From positions 910,942 through 974,941 of the forward strand of contig CAJFCJ010000009.1 in the NCBI GenBank assembly GCA_904063045.1: DNA of 64,000 bases, written 5' to 3'. The DNA is from Dimorphilus gyrociliatus. Its lineage: Eukaryota > Animalia > Annelida. Positions 47,282 through 62,998 of the stretch are shown here, in pieces. The number at the start of each line of letters is the position of its first letter. Position 1 is the first letter of the stretch. The notes under the pieces are model-generated. The model saw only the letters and a program-made list of their open reading frames with translations, did no database searches and was not told the origin of the DNA. Position numbers and translations under genes: made by a program.

Positions 47282-50200
47282 AATGTCTGGAAAATTAATG
47301 CAAAGCCTTACCGATCTTATTGTTCTTGTCGGAGCAGATTGTAATTCTGGCCTAAAACCAATCAAGGTGAGTTTTTGCATTGTTTTTCTTCAAAGGTAAT
47401 AGCTCTTATAAGAGCAATATTGGTATTAATAAGGTTAAGTATAGCTTTTGGGTAAAAAAAACAAGTTGATTTGCCCAAAATATAGTTGATAAAGTTTCTG
47501 CAACCTAAATTATTATGTTATTGATTAAGCAAAAACATCTGATTTTAACAGACAGCAAGCGATTACGACAAGGATAGAGAGATAGTGAAGACTGACTTTG
47601 ATCCTCAACTGCTTGCGGCTATAACTGCAAATACAGCTTACTTTCCTTTCGAAGATCCACCTGTTGATCCGAAATATCCCCAGGGAGTAGCTCAAGACTT
47701 AACTCTTGTCTTTCCTAGAGATACTTTGCCTCATTATGCTCAGTCTGTGTTTAAAATTGATTTAAGATATTTAATTCTGACTTTAAAATGGTTTTAGGAA
47801 ACAAGATACAATTGATTCAGCTCAATTTTCGGAATGGTTTCAACGCTCGTCCGATAGTTCCTCTTCCTCTTGTATATCCTCCGAAGGCTGCCCATCTCCA
47901 CATTTACCTCCTACTTGTGTTCGCGTTCAAAGAGCTGCCTCTGTTGATAGCAGTCTATCGTCAAATTCTGATGTTTTTCTTCCAAATGTTCCTGGTACGC
48001 AAAAGAATGGTGGAAAATCGTCAGGCAATAGCAGAGATAGTATTGGATCAATATCAAATGATAACTCTAAATCACCTTACGGTACAATGCATCGGCGAAA
48101 GATTAGTAGCGTACGTATGACTCCAGTTCGCCAAATTTCCCAGGCCAAGCGTTCACACAAATCAGAATCAGATTTAGAAACGAACGAATTAGAAAGTGAA
48201 GTCCTGGAAATGTTACGTTGTCTACCTCAATTTTGCTTTCCTGAAGGAATGCGCGTTTCAACCACTAAGAGACCCGATTCTATCCATCACTTAGTATTGA
48301 CAGGTGTATGCGGTGAAAGATTTTACGCAACCTGCTTACGGATTCATAAAGCTGCTAGAATACAATCGGTAAATATTCGTTCATAACATTTATACCAAAT
48401 CCTATTTAATTCAATATTTCTAACATAGGATGAAGATGGTACATTTAAAATAGTAAAATTAACTTTAAACAAAGATGATGCTGACGTATTTGTACCGTGT
48501 TGCTATGTTATGATATCTCAAATTCCTTATTTTTCTGTATTTAAGGAGTGTCTATCCAAGTAAGAATATTCTCTTTTTATTATTCAATATCAAATAATAA
48601 ATTACTTAGAATGAGAAGTCGCATGCGTTGTAATCATGATAAAGAAGATGAAGTTTTAAAGTTATACGCATTACAGCTGACAAGAACAATTACTCCACCA
48701 CCAGGTTCTATGCACTTGGTAACTATCTCTTCAACTTTTCCATTTGTAGGATTGATGCTAAAATTTTTTTATATTTTAGGCAATGCAATTGGAAGATGTT
48801 CGAATACTTTTACCGTCATCTTGTTTCGCTGATCATCCAATAATTGACTTTCCTTTATCAATTTTGTTCTTTTTACTACCTCTTGAGTATATTTTACAGG
48901 TTGATACTTTATTTTAGTTACCGTTTAATATATTCTCTTAAATTTTCCTTAATTTTATAGATAATATCTTGCATGCTAACTCAACACAGAATTGTTATAA
49001 TTAGCTCCAATTATTCAGTTTTGACTATCGCTGCTCAGGCGCTTATACATTTTATAGAACCATTCGCCTGGAATTTTCCTTTTGTACCGATCCTATCAAA
49101 GACAACATTGGAACTTTTAGACGCTCCTGGCTCTTTTTTATTCGGCTGTCATTCCCAGCATCGAAACGAAGTTCTGAAAGTAATTATATCAGTGGAAAAT
49201 AAGTATTTTTATTAGTTTATTTGATTATTTTTTTTTAATATAATAGATTTCGGAACTAATAGTCGTGGATATTGACGAAAGAGAATTAGGCACATGCGCA
49301 TCACTAAAATTACCGACCCTTCCTCAGGATTCAGCTTACACTTTCAAAAGATCATTCCGTAAAATCGGTTTACACTACGATGTTGCTAATCTGGATTCGG
49401 CAGCTCTTTTTAACATCAATCAAGTTAAAGAATCAGCTATAGAACATAGGAGAAAAGTTAATATGCAAATTTCAGCTATTTGCCTAGAACTAATGGTTAA
49501 TTTATTTCGGTAATATGAATAAAGTAATATTTAATGCATTTCTTTATAATAAAAAATATGTATATTTCAGAGATGTCTTACAATTCATAAAACCAAAAAC
49601 TAAATACTTTGATAAAACTGCATTCTTAAAAATTCAGAGGAGTGAAGATGTATTCTTTTTTGAACAAGTCATTCAAAGCGAATCGTTTAATGGATTCTTA
49701 AATGATAGATTTGAAGGTAAGAATGATCGTTGGACACAACTCGAAGAAGCTACTAGAAGAAAATCAAAAACTTCTAATAGAAGTTTTTCATCCTACGAAA
49801 AGTTAGTAAGAATTTAGTTATTTCTAATTGTTTAATAAAAGGAAATTATTTTCCTATTCTTAAGTTCTAACATAAGGAAGGGGAGATCTGAACCGACTTC
49901 TCTAGCTCTAAGATTAGCCTTTTTACCACCATACGAAATATGGAGATTACCAGAATTTCAAATGAAATACTACCAATCTTATTACGGAACTTGTATAAAA
50001 TCTATTACATCTAAACTTGAAGTAAAATAGTCGATATATCTGAATTTAATTTGCTTTATTGTCTTTTTAACATTTGCAGATTTGTACTTCACCAAATCAA
50101 AGAGCTTCATTTCTCTGTATGAGAGGAATTCTCAAGCTAGCCAATAATAAAGCTTTTTCAGCTTTTGAAGACTTTCACTCTCTCTTTTCGTTTAATGCTA

Positions 50201-52889
50201 AACTCTTTCCAGCCAAGTTAATATTCATGACATAAAACTTATGCAATTAATAAATGACATATATTATATTAAACATACTTTTATTTGTCTCTTTATTTTA
50301 GAATAGCTAAAGCGGCATATGATGAATTAAGTGAACAAGATGTTGATATTCTGAAAGACCAAAGAGCTTTTCATAAATCCGAATTATTTATGGTTTGTAG
50401 TAAATGAACAATAAAATCAATGTAAAAATTTTTACTATAGATAATGAATTGCAATAATGCACCACTGCCTTCGAGATATGAAGAAGCAGTTAAAATGAAA
50501 TGGGATCGTATTCCGACTTTACCAGTTTGTTAGTTTTAAATTACTGTTTAATGTTAATTTTATGTTCAGTTGAATACTAATAGCTTTAAGTCAATTCCGC
50601 GACGTCCTTGATGCTCTAGATATACATTTACGACCGATAACGAGTCAAACTCTTTTTGAAGTCTTATGTATGTGTGGAGATGATGAACCTGGCTGCCAAG
50701 GTTGGAAACTTATAAAGCTTTATAGAATATAAGTAATAAACATATATGTTTGTTTTTTATAGTGGTTTATCCAGAAGTATTTGAAGTATTTTATACAAGA
50801 TGGAAAGAACAGGAAGTGAAAAGAACTAACGTTTTAAAAACCGTAATAGGACTCTATTTTAATGATTTTATCATAAAAAACATTAACGCTCTTCTCTCCC
50901 CTAAAAAAATAGGTTAATTCTGAAACTATTGAAATTCATGAATATATTCTTAAATGTTCAGAATTGATTAAGACTGATTTTGGTAATGGTAGAATTATAC
51001 TAACTTCTAAAAGGTTCATATACTTGTTAAATATAATGAAATTTGATTAATTAGTTTATGTATTAAAATAGGATTCACTTTTTACAAGAAGGATCTAAAA
51101 AATGTTTGGAAGTTGGAAAATTATATGATATTATTAAAGTTGAAAAAATTATGCAAAAATCATTTGTGACAAATGTACCTGCACTAAAATTACATCTAAG
51201 AAGTAAGAGAATTATGAAAAAAGATACATTAATTATGTTATTATAATATTTGATAGATAAATCTACCTTTTCCGCCTGCTTTAAAGAAGATCGCGACGAA
51301 TGGTATTGGATTATTGTAGAAATGCATCATGGAAAGTTAGCTGCCGAAGAAGTTCGAAATTTATCTATTGTTTCACAAGCGTCCTCTAATGTTCAACTTA
51401 TAATAAGTCTGTTTCAAAGTAAAGATGAGATTCCCATGTCTCCAAACACTTTAAATAATTTTGCCCAACACCTGGCCCATTTTTTCACTGAGAGACAATA
51501 CGGCAATTACACTCTTACAGAAATTACTAAACAGAACCTCTTACAAGTATTTTAATATTTAATAGATGTTCTTCTCTTTAAAACACAATATTTCTCATAG
51601 GTTATTGATCCAAATGATGATGAAGAAGAAAGAAAATCTGTTGAAAGCTTGTTATATTTGACAGGAGGTTCCTTTTCAATATTAAATATTTTATTTCAGA
51701 ATTAATTCGTTTATGTTTTCAGCATGGGACTCTGGTGACATGACGGAACCCAAGCTATGGGTTGGAATGGGAAGCGGTAAAGTTTATATTTACGATGCAT
51801 CAACGTGGATTGTTACCAAAGTTATTGAATTATCCGGAAATAGAATTGTTAAGAACTTTAAACGTTCCTGATTAAATAATTTATTAATAGAATTTTTTTT
51901 CTTTAAAGGTTTTTCTTTTGGGACTTGGAGATCAAGTGTGGGCTGCATCGTTAGACTCAACAATATACGTTGTCAACAAACGTACATTACAAAGTAACTA
52001 TCGTCTAGTAGGACATAGCGACGCGGTTACTTGCCTTTGCTTCCACAAACCAACAGGGTATTAATTATCTCATGCATCTAATTATTTATTTAAAATAAGG
52101 ATATCCTTTTATTGCAGAATTGTTTATAGTTCGTGTATCAATGGGGAAATAGTCTGTTGGGAACAATCGAGCCTACAGCAGAAAAAAAAGTTTACTGTCG
52201 AAAAATTAAATTGTCTACGAAGCATTCAAATTCATGACAATCACCTATGGTGTTGTAAGTAACGAGGCATATATTTAACAAAAAGTAATTGATTAACTAT
52301 CATCAAATAATGCCATACTTTTTTTATATTTAGGTAGCAAAAATTTCTTAATGAAGTTGTCACTAGGAGGCGAAAAAATTGTAACTGTTGAAGGAGGAAG
52401 TTCCAATCTATATCAATTCGCTATAACAAACGATATTGTAAAAAAAACTATTTGATATATTAGAAACTCGATTAATTATTGACTTTATACTTCAGATATT
52501 TATTGGATGTGAACATAAGAATGAAGTTCGATTCTATAACACCTCTAATGGTAAACAGCTTAAGAAGGTAACGATCGATTCTTGCAAAGGTATAAGATCA
52601 ATGATTCTCTTTAAGGATCACGTAAGTTCAATTAATTTTTGTCATACTAAAAACAATAATATATATTTTTTACTTTTCTTATATCATTTATAATCAGTTA
52701 TGGTTTGGAACTCATGAAGGAAGAGTTATCATAATGGAAATTAAGAATCCTAAAAAATACCATGCATTGGAATTTCATAAAGATTCTGTTAGGTGTATGA
52801 CGAATATAGGCGATAGATATATAGCAACAGGATCAGCCGATGGTAGATACGCTGTTTGGAGATCTGACCTTTCTGATCCAAGAAATTAA
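47282..52889 (+). CDS. DENND3: DENN domain-containing protein 3 (uDENN-DENN-dDENN … WD40), roughly 20+ exons
   Basis: LPQFCFPEG…HHLVLTGVCGERFYATCL; LTQHRIVIISSNYSVLT…FIEPFAWNFPFVPILS…LLDAPGSFLFGCH; C-terminal WD40 exons (LWVGMGSGK, VGHSDAVTCL, ATGSADGRYAVW*). Confidence 0.85.
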
Positions 52890-53428
52890 GTATAAGAATT
52901 TCTCTTGTTCCCCTCATCCACTTCTACTTTACTATACGACTTTCTCTTCTACTAGTATTAAAAATAGTGTATCTGATGTAAAGTTCCCTTTATATGATAT
53001 TTTTAAATTTTTTCCAGGATCTGATATATTTATATAGTATGAAGTAATTTAAATGTGTATCGTTCAATCCATTTCTTGTCGCCGCCATGTCTCTGAAATA
53101 TTTATTTGTAATACAAACTTTAAGAACGTTGTTCTTCATCTAAACGTCTAATCTTTCATCTGTAATCTCCTTTCAAAGAAATTCTATTCGTCCTTTTTCG
53201 ACATAGATAATTAATTTTGTTAATAAATTTCAACGGCTCTTTCCTTTCAATTATTTAGAAATTTTCAAATTAATAAATAAATACAAAAGAATAATTAATC
53301 GGACACAATCTTAAGACATTCGTTCAATAGATGTCGCTACTTACGTAGGCCTCTGCTACTAAATGGGACAGTTTGCGAAAAAACGTCGACAAAGTATCTA
53401 TTTGCTTTAGAAGATATTTATTAAGAAG

Positions 53429-54898
<1,470 letters not shown>

Positions 54899-55222
54899 AT
54901 AATTAGGATCTTTTTCATTCTGCTTTGATTTATCTAAAATTTAATAATAATTTCACTCTAATGAATTATTTTTCTATTTATTCTTTATTTATAACGCGAT
55001 TGTAGTGTCTTTTTCTCATAAAAAATTTATTACGAAATATTATCTACGCCATCTGTCGGTGTAGCGAGTCAGAGTAAAACGCTAGTAACGCCGTATATAA
55101 ACGTCATTAGACGCCATCGATTGGTACAGACGCCATTACCAGCCTCTAAAACGGTCAATCGAGGGCGCTTCTCTCCAAATATGGACGCACTAGCGTAAAA
55201 AAAAGGAAACGAATTGTTCGAT

Positions 55223-58200
55223 ATGGATTCGGACGAAATACCCATGGTAGAAGATGATGATGTTGTCGAAGCATCAGGGGAGAATATACCGGAAATACGT
55301 GTTCGGAAGGGCTCCGAAAATCGAAGTTTAGCCGAATTACAAGACACGTCTCTGGCACCTTTGGCTAGTTTTGAAACGTTGACCGATGTAGAGAGTGAAA
55401 TCGATCCAAGATCTCCAGATAGAGAGAGCCTGGAGGAAAATGGAACAAGTACTCCTACAGCAAACTCTACACCCGACACTCCGACTCCTCATGAAGATGA
55501 GCCGGTTGTTAATTACGAACAATTCGAACAAGAAGATGCAGAGGATAAGGAAGGTGAATCTTTTCCTCCACCTCCCCCTCCAGAAATGATACTTACCTCA
55601 CCTGATGGCACTTCAACCCCTGCTGAACCTGAGCAGGCTGGTGAAGAAGAAAGAGAATACGAGGACATACCAGAACTACCCGAAGAAGAGTATGCGCAGG
55701 AAATAGCTGCAGATAATGAGGCAGATTACGCAAATGGTGCTCAGTCCGATAGCGTAGCAGACAACATCGACTATTCGCAAGAAAATTATGTTGAGGAGAC
55801 AGAAGAATTCCGTTTGCCTGAGAATTTCGTTCCCTCTGACCCATTAGCTGCGTGGGAAGAAGCCGAACAAGTTGCTAAAGGCACATATTACCAGCCTTCA
55901 GCTCCTGCTCCAGTAACAGCCACAGTAGCTGCTCCAGTACCTGATCCAGCACCCGCTCCAGGACCTGAGACTTCAATTGTTCAAGAAGCTGAATATAAAC
56001 CCGAACGGCCAGAGAAGCCTCCAAAACCTCAACCTCCAACAAAACCACCAGCAAGGCCTGCCGCTCCACCTTCAAGACCAGCAGCACCGCCAGCTAAACC
56101 TCCACCTCCAAGCGTTTCAGCTCCTAAGAAACCAGAAATTCCTCCACATAGTACGTCGATTCATTTTCAAATGTTCTTTATTTAATTAATTTGAAATCTA
56201 ATAGGACCCAGTCAACCTCCTGTCGAAAAGAAAAAACGGGGAATATCTCCCAAGAGATTTGTCAGGAGCCTTGTTGAGACTCCTGAAAAACGGGAAAAAC
56301 GAGAGAAAAAGAAGTTGGAAAAGAAAGAAAAAAAAGAAAAAGCTAAAGAAGCATTATCAAAATTTTTAGGTTTGAATAAAGGTGCACAACCTCTACGAAG
56401 TGAAGAAGTAACAGAAAGTCTGGAACAATCTAATGAATCGTGGAAGCAATTTGATGAAATGCAAGAACGAATTTCGGCAGTTGTTGATAAAGCAAAGTTG
56501 TCTCAACCAAGTGTTGATGAAGAAGAAGAAAGTTTAGAAAGAGAACCTGAAGAAGAATTCGAGCAAAAAGCTGCACCGCCTCCGCCTAGACCGGCTCCTC
56601 CTCGTCCGCCATTCAATTCTCCACAAACTCAACATATTACTCCTGCTGCCTCAGCTGAAAATCAAACATGCGACGTTGATGATTCACTTGTCAATCCAGT
56701 AAAACCTGTTCTGCCAGATGAGCCAGTTTTAGATCTGGATCTCAAAGTTTGCGATAGCAGCCCAGAAGACTCTGAGGACTTTAAGGCTATGGAGCCAGTC
56801 GCCGATAAAGAGGAAGATGATGACTTTGACATTAGGGATGAAAGCGCTGTTGTAGAAGATGTAAAGCCAGCTGACGATAAGGGCTTTGACGCCTTCGGTA
56901 GTGAGGAAAGTCCTCAAAATTCAGAATTTGTAGCCCAGTTTGATGATTTCAATCAGGAATCAACTCAAAAAGCTAATCCCACTGGACTACCTATCGAACC
57001 ACAGTTCAATTTAAGCATGCAAGTTGCTGCACCTGTAGGGTCAACGCAGCAAACCTTTAGTCCTACAAATTCAACACCAAATGAAGGTGGAACTACTAAA
57101 CCTGAAGAGTATTCAAGTCCTAAAGACGAAAGAGCAAAGGAAATAGTATCACCCACAATATCTACACCGAAGGATTTTACGTCAAAAGAGTGTTCATCAG
57201 TAGCATCCACGCCTAAAGAACCTATGGCAGCGGATATTTCTCCCAAAAAACCAGAAGCACCGTCTGTTCTCTTTGATTTATCTCTACAGCCTCTCGAGCC
57301 AACATTGGCTACATTTGAACCTTTAGAACAGGTTGCGGATGCTATAGATAAATTATCTAAAAAAGTGGTTGAAAATCAAAAAGATCCATATCTGGCTGAC
57401 TTTGATCCAACTTTTAGTGGCAATACCAATATGCAACAAGTGTCAAGTAAACCAGATGACATCTTCGAAAAAATCAATAAAATTGCTCAGAGACGCCGAT
57501 CGGAAAGTACCGAATCAATAGACTCTGCAGTATTACCCGTTCGAACAGGTTCAACAAAACGGGATCCATTCAGTACCATTGACGTATTTAGTAAAGAAAA
57601 ACGAAAAAAATCTCTTTCAGAAATGCAATTTGAAAAACGTCAGTCACTTAGTGAATGTTCATCACCGATTTCATGGGAAAAGCCTGTTGTACCAATACCT
57701 GCTTATGTCGATCCAAAACTTCAAGATCCTTTCGAATTCGCTCCAGAAGTAGAGTCGAAGCCGGAATTAGATCAAGAAGTTAGAGCGGAAGTAACTCCCA
57801 AAACAAAACATCCAGAAACTGTTGAAAAAGCCAAAAGTGAAGAACCACAGCCTCAAATTAAAGAAATCAAAGAACGAAAAACCGATTTTGATTTTCAAAG
57901 TGCCAAACTGGACTTCGATGATGATGTATTCAAAGACGCAGCTGTGCCTGTTGAAGATGCGGGAGATCCTTGGGGAGATGCAGATGAAGTTGCTGAGGGA
58001 GAAGGGGCCTTTGAGGACGAAGCCTTTGAATGCTTTACAGAGGAAGCTAAACCTAGTAAAGCCCAATCGAAAGTTCCATTTGATCCATTCCGCACTATAA
58101 GTGAGGACGGAGATGATCCAGTATCTTTTAGCTCAGTTGCAATCAAAGCTACCTACGAAACAAAGAAAAAAGAGGAACGTGAGATTGAAGCTGAAGATGA

Positions 58201-60202
58201 TGGGGAAGATGAAGAGAAAAATTTAAAAGTCAATATTTCGGCGAAAATTGAAGTTAAAGAAGATAAGGGTGCGAAAGTTGTCCCTCTGCTGCCCCCTCCA
58301 CCAAAAGTTGTCAAGGAGCCGACACCACCTACTTCCTCTGATGAAGAAGAGCCGGAAGAAGACTATCAAACCGAAACAAACTTGTCCATGGCAGCTCCCG
58401 TTATTGCAGTATCATCACCTGATGGGACAACGGCTGAGAATAACTTAGTTGAGCTACAAAAAGTATTCGAACCGGAAGTTCTTGAACCTCTTCCACCTTT
58501 TTACGAGCCTTTTAAAGGTACAGGCTGGAAGATGATGATTCGTATGCCCTTAAAGAAGAAATTGACAGGAAATAGATATTGGAAAAATTGCTTTGTTCGA
58601 CTGCAGCGCGTCAAAGACGTGCCGACGATCTGCATTTATGATAACGAAACCGCATCTAAACCTTTTCACGAACTTGGCCTGCAACCTAGTTATCAATTAT
58701 GCAATTTAGGCCTTCAAGCGTTCGACGAATTTGGAAAATGTCACACTATAAAGATTCAGTACATTTTTTATAGAGAAAGAGTAGGAATGCATGCTGATAG
58801 AATTGCTCCCACCATAGGAGATATCGTTCGAGTAAAAGATTTAAAAGGATTAAAAGATATTGTACATAGACCCAAGAAGACAATGCTACTCGACCATCAT
58901 CCTCAAAGTTCGGAGTTGGTTAAATTAGGCTCATTAGATTACGAAGGGATGAAAACTTTTATTAGAGAAGTTGAAGATACCATGATGAGTCTGAAACCTG
59001 TTAAACCCTCTGCTCAGGCACAACCATATACAAAGGATGAAATTACAATAGATGTAGTAGATGAATATTATTGCGAATTGGATCAAGAACATAGAATCTT
59101 ATATCATAAAGCTAGAATTCGAGTATTTTGTTTGGCTTTTCTTTCGGGAAATCCATCCTGTGAATTGGGTATGAATGATATAACCAGGCAGGGAAAAGAA
59201 GTTGTTGGTCGTCACGATATCATTCCAATAAAAACCGAAGAATGGATAACTATCGAACAGACAGAGTTGCATCAACTCATTGATGCTGAGGGCTATAAAA
59301 GAGATACCGTTTTCCGATTCAAACCTATGGATGCCATTCGCTTTGAATTATTCAGATTTAGGACTAGACCTAGAGTTAATAAAGAGCTACCACTACAAAT
59401 AAGAATGTTTGTAGATATTAAAGAAAAATGCGTGGAATGGAGATGCGAAATAATGGTCTCTCAATTTTGGACAATGTCGAGGAAGGCATCGCAGACACCT
59501 TGTAAAGATATTTGCATAAGAATCCCTATACCAGAATCCTGGGTTTACATTTTCCGTGTGGAGAAACGAAAGTGGAACTTACATCAGTCAATGGGATCAG
59601 TGCATTCCACGAAGCGTCGGGCGGGAAAGATTAAGGGTCTAGAACGTCTAACGCAACTAGCTAACAGTGTTTTACCGCCTTCCTTAATTGAGGTAACATG
59701 TGGTCAAGCGAAGTATGAAAATCTTTTCAAGGCCCTTGTTTGGAGGGTTGATCAACTTCCTAGGTTCAACGAAGGTGCCTATAAGCAGCATGAGCTGCGA
59801 TGCAGAATCGATTTGCAATCTCATGACGTTATACCTGAGTCTTACGACGAATACTGTTGGGTAGAATATAACCAACCAAAATCTTGTGTTTCCAGAGCCC
59901 AAGTTAGATCAATTAGCGTAGAAAATCCAGATAATACGGATAGATGGGTACATCACACAGCAAACTATGAATATAAAGTACAGATGTGTATGACAAAATC
60001 TGCTAATGCTACCGGGATGGTGCAAAAGTTAGGTTTAATTGACCAGCAGTTAGCTACTGGTACTGGTACTGATGATGACACACAAGATGAAGATGATAAG
60101 GAAAGTGAAAAAGATAGCGAGGTAGTAGAAGAAGAGAGCAAAGAATCAAAAGAGATCGAAGAACAACAGGGAGGGCAAGTGGCAAACTTGCTAGACATTT
60201 AG
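55223..60202 (+). CDS. Stonin (stoned-B-type SHD + mu-homology domain) with ~1070-aa acidic/Pro-rich N-terminus, 2 exons, 1641 aa
   Basis: The ORFs at 55214 and 56315 join through intron 56151-56204. C-terminal GWKMMIRMPLKKKLTGNRYWK, YTKDEITIDVVDEY, RVFCLAFLSGNP, GQAKYENLFKALVWR. WxxF and DPF motifs in the N-terminus. Confidence 0.9.
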
Positions 60203-60600
60203 TCCTTAGGATTCTTTATATATACATATAGACGGCAATAACGAATTAATTTGATAGTTTTAGTATAAGACAATGCGCAGATTTAAAGCACAATAGACCA
60301 TTTGTAAATGTATACTTGTATAGATGCAATTATAGTTATAGAGAGCAATAATGCTTTATGCCTTATTTTGTCATTTGTCTGCATGTTTAGAGCTTAAAAA
60401 TAATTAATACACAGAGATCACAACGCTGACAGTAGGTTCAAGTTTCTAAATTAAATTATTTTTGAATATTACTTCTTTGAATACTTCACGTTTCTCTCTA
60501 AGCAATCAGTAAGTAATTGTAGGCCTACATTTTTATTAAACTTTGAAAGGTCAAGGTCAAAAGTGGCGCCGCCATACTTCAAAAAAAAATTCTGGTTCCG

Positions 60601-60611
60601 CTTCCTTTTTG
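60601..60611 (+). promoter_or_regulatory. TCT core promoter / 5'TOP tract of RPL6
   Basis: CTTCCTTTTTG fits YYC+1TTTYY, followed by a short non-coding exon (donor 60642) that splices to 1 nt before the RPL6 ATG; typical of ribosomal-protein genes. Confidence 0.7.
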
Positions 60612-60797
60612 TGCGATCCACGTGAAGAAAGACGTGCTGAAGGTAATTTTTGCCGAAATTCATCGACTAATTGTTCATTTTTGATAATTAATTTTTGTTA
60701 AGCTTTTTCATAAATTATTCATTTACCGATCGAATTCGAAAAAGCAGCAAACTTTACGTTGTTTTAGTGAAATTTTTATATTTTTAATTATGACAGT

Positions 60798-61658
60798 ATG
60801 GGCATAACACGGCCTCGCAACTATGAACTTGGAAACTCGGGAGTTATGCGTTTCTCCGCAACCCGAATGTACCGAAAGCGTGCAGTATACCGCTTGAAGA
60901 AGAAGGGAGGAGATAAAAAGCAACCCGAAAAGAAAAGCGCCGAAGTTAAAAAGAAGCAAATTGGAGGTGACAAAAACGGTGGAACTAGACTCGTTCGCGT
61001 TAACAGACCAGTAAGTAAAAAATAATTTGTTATAATTCATAATTGACTTAATTTTTTTTACAGCCAAAATCTTACCAAACCGCAGAAGTTTCCCGCAAAC
61101 TGAAAAACAAGAAAGGATGTTTCAGTAAACACAAGAGAAACTTGAGAACCACGATCACTCCTGGAACAGTACTGATCCTCCTCGCAGGACGCCATAAGGG
61201 AAAGAGAGTAGTTTTCCTTAAACAACTGAACTCTGGACTCTTGTTGGTTACCGGACCCTTCCGTTTGAACGGCTGTCCTTTACGTAGAGTTAACCAAATT
61301 TACGTAATCGCTACTAAAACTAAAGTCGACATCTCTAAGATAAGCGTAAGTCTCACATGCATGAAACAGAATTATTGTAAATTAAAATGCTGTATTTTGG
61401 TAGATCCCGGATCGCGTAAATGATGCCTACTTCCGCCGCAAGGTTCTTAAGAAACCTAAACATGCCGAAGGTGAAATTTTCGAACAGAAAAAAGAAGTCT
61501 ATAGTGTATCCGATGAACGTAAAGAAGATCAACTAACAGTCGACAAGAGCGTTCTTGAAGCGATCCGAGCTCATCCGGAAAAGAAGTTGTTATTCGGATA
61601 CTTGGGGGCTATGTTCTCATTGAACAACCGCCAATACCCGCATAAAATGATCTTTTAA
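60798..61658 (+). CDS. RPL6: 60S ribosomal protein L6 (eL6), 3 coding exons
   Basis: [15 protein letters not shown]; [48 protein letters not shown]; ends PHKMIF*. Confidence 0.96.
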
Positions 61659-61824
61659 AAGAGTTTCGATTTTTGAAGAATAAAAAGTGTTTATGACTGA
61701 AAGTTACACGAGTTTCTTTTTGTTAATTTCAAATCAGAATTCTTTTATCTCTTCCGATAAGACACTAATATTTATTAGTGGATATCGTTCTAATATACAA
61801 ATATATTGCCCTATTCGACAAAAG

Positions 61825-62998
61825 TTAAGCTTCGTCATCGTGGTCATTTGTGTCATCGGGTTCATCTTCTTCTGAGTCTTCATCGCCGCTTATTTCCTTA
61901 TTAGCACTTTCTAACCTTTCTAAATGTTTAGCAAGTTCTGCTTCATCAGTTTCGGTTACAGCTCGAGAGGCGTGTTTTACACTAAATTCTCCTCCAGGAT
62001 ACTTTTTTATCGCCTCTTCTATCAAGTTCATGGCTTCGTCCAACTTTTTTGATCCTTCCTTGGCTTCCATTGTTTGAACTGCCATAACATATAACGGTGG
62101 AGCAATAAGATTAATCTGAAATAAGTGCTGTTTAAGCTAGTGTTCTAAATTCAAGCCTTCTTTCTCACCTTCAAAGGAAAGTCATCTGTACACATGTTTA
62201 AACCCTCTTTTAATGCGGCTTTCACAGCGTCGATACCCTCATATCCGTAGCAGGCAACCTCTATATCGGCTCTTAGTTTAGTAGCTTGAGGCGTTAGACG
62301 TCTTTGGATAATAGTCAGTAGTTCAGATTTCGTTTTTTCATCAACTTCACATTCATCTAAAATAGAAGGACTTGATACCGCTAATTTGAAAGCTTCATAT
62401 GCAGCTCCAGGCTTTCCATATTTTTTGTCGAACATCCAGGCAGTTTTAGTATAAAGTTCTTCTAATTGACTATTAGAAGAATATTGTAAGTGTTCTGCAA
62501 CCTGACGTAATATTCTGCAATTCAAAATTTTATTGAGTATTATTTATTAAAGACAATGTCTCACTTACCCATTGACACATTTAGCTTTAGCAAACTTATC
62601 TTCACAGCTTTGTATGTCTTCCGGTGAAACTCTCCTTTTTGATAAATCAATATAACCCTTATCTTTATCTACTCTGAGGACAATGACACATTCCGATCGG
62701 CCGATTCTGATCAATTTATTAATAGATCGAATTCTTCTTCTTGACAATTCACTCAACAATATCATACCTATTATAAGTTAGCTCTTTAGAAAATGATAGA
62801 AACTAACAAACTTGTACCTTCAATATTATTGTACTCCAAGAGATTTACATAGGCCCCCATCTCTGCCACTTGTCGAACATTAACCATAATAACATCGTCG
62901 ACCTAAGAAATAAATTCAATCAAAGACTGCAACGAAAAATAATACCTGGTACTTACTTCAGGAAATCTTTGTTCGTAAAATCTACACGCAAACGGCAT
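61825..62998 (-). CDS. EIF2S1: Eukaryotic translation initiation factor 2 subunit alpha, multi-exon
   Basis: [10 protein letters not shown]|VDDVIMVNV…[24 protein letters not shown] (Ser51-equivalent intact), [19 protein letters not shown], acidic tail. Confidence 0.97.

Noticed and set aside
52101-52110. ATATCCTTT, a perfect U12 AT-AC 5' splice-site look-alike in DENND3
   Set aside because: It lies in the pyrimidine tract of an ordinary GT-AG intron whose flanking exons already join in frame (KPTG|IVYSS).
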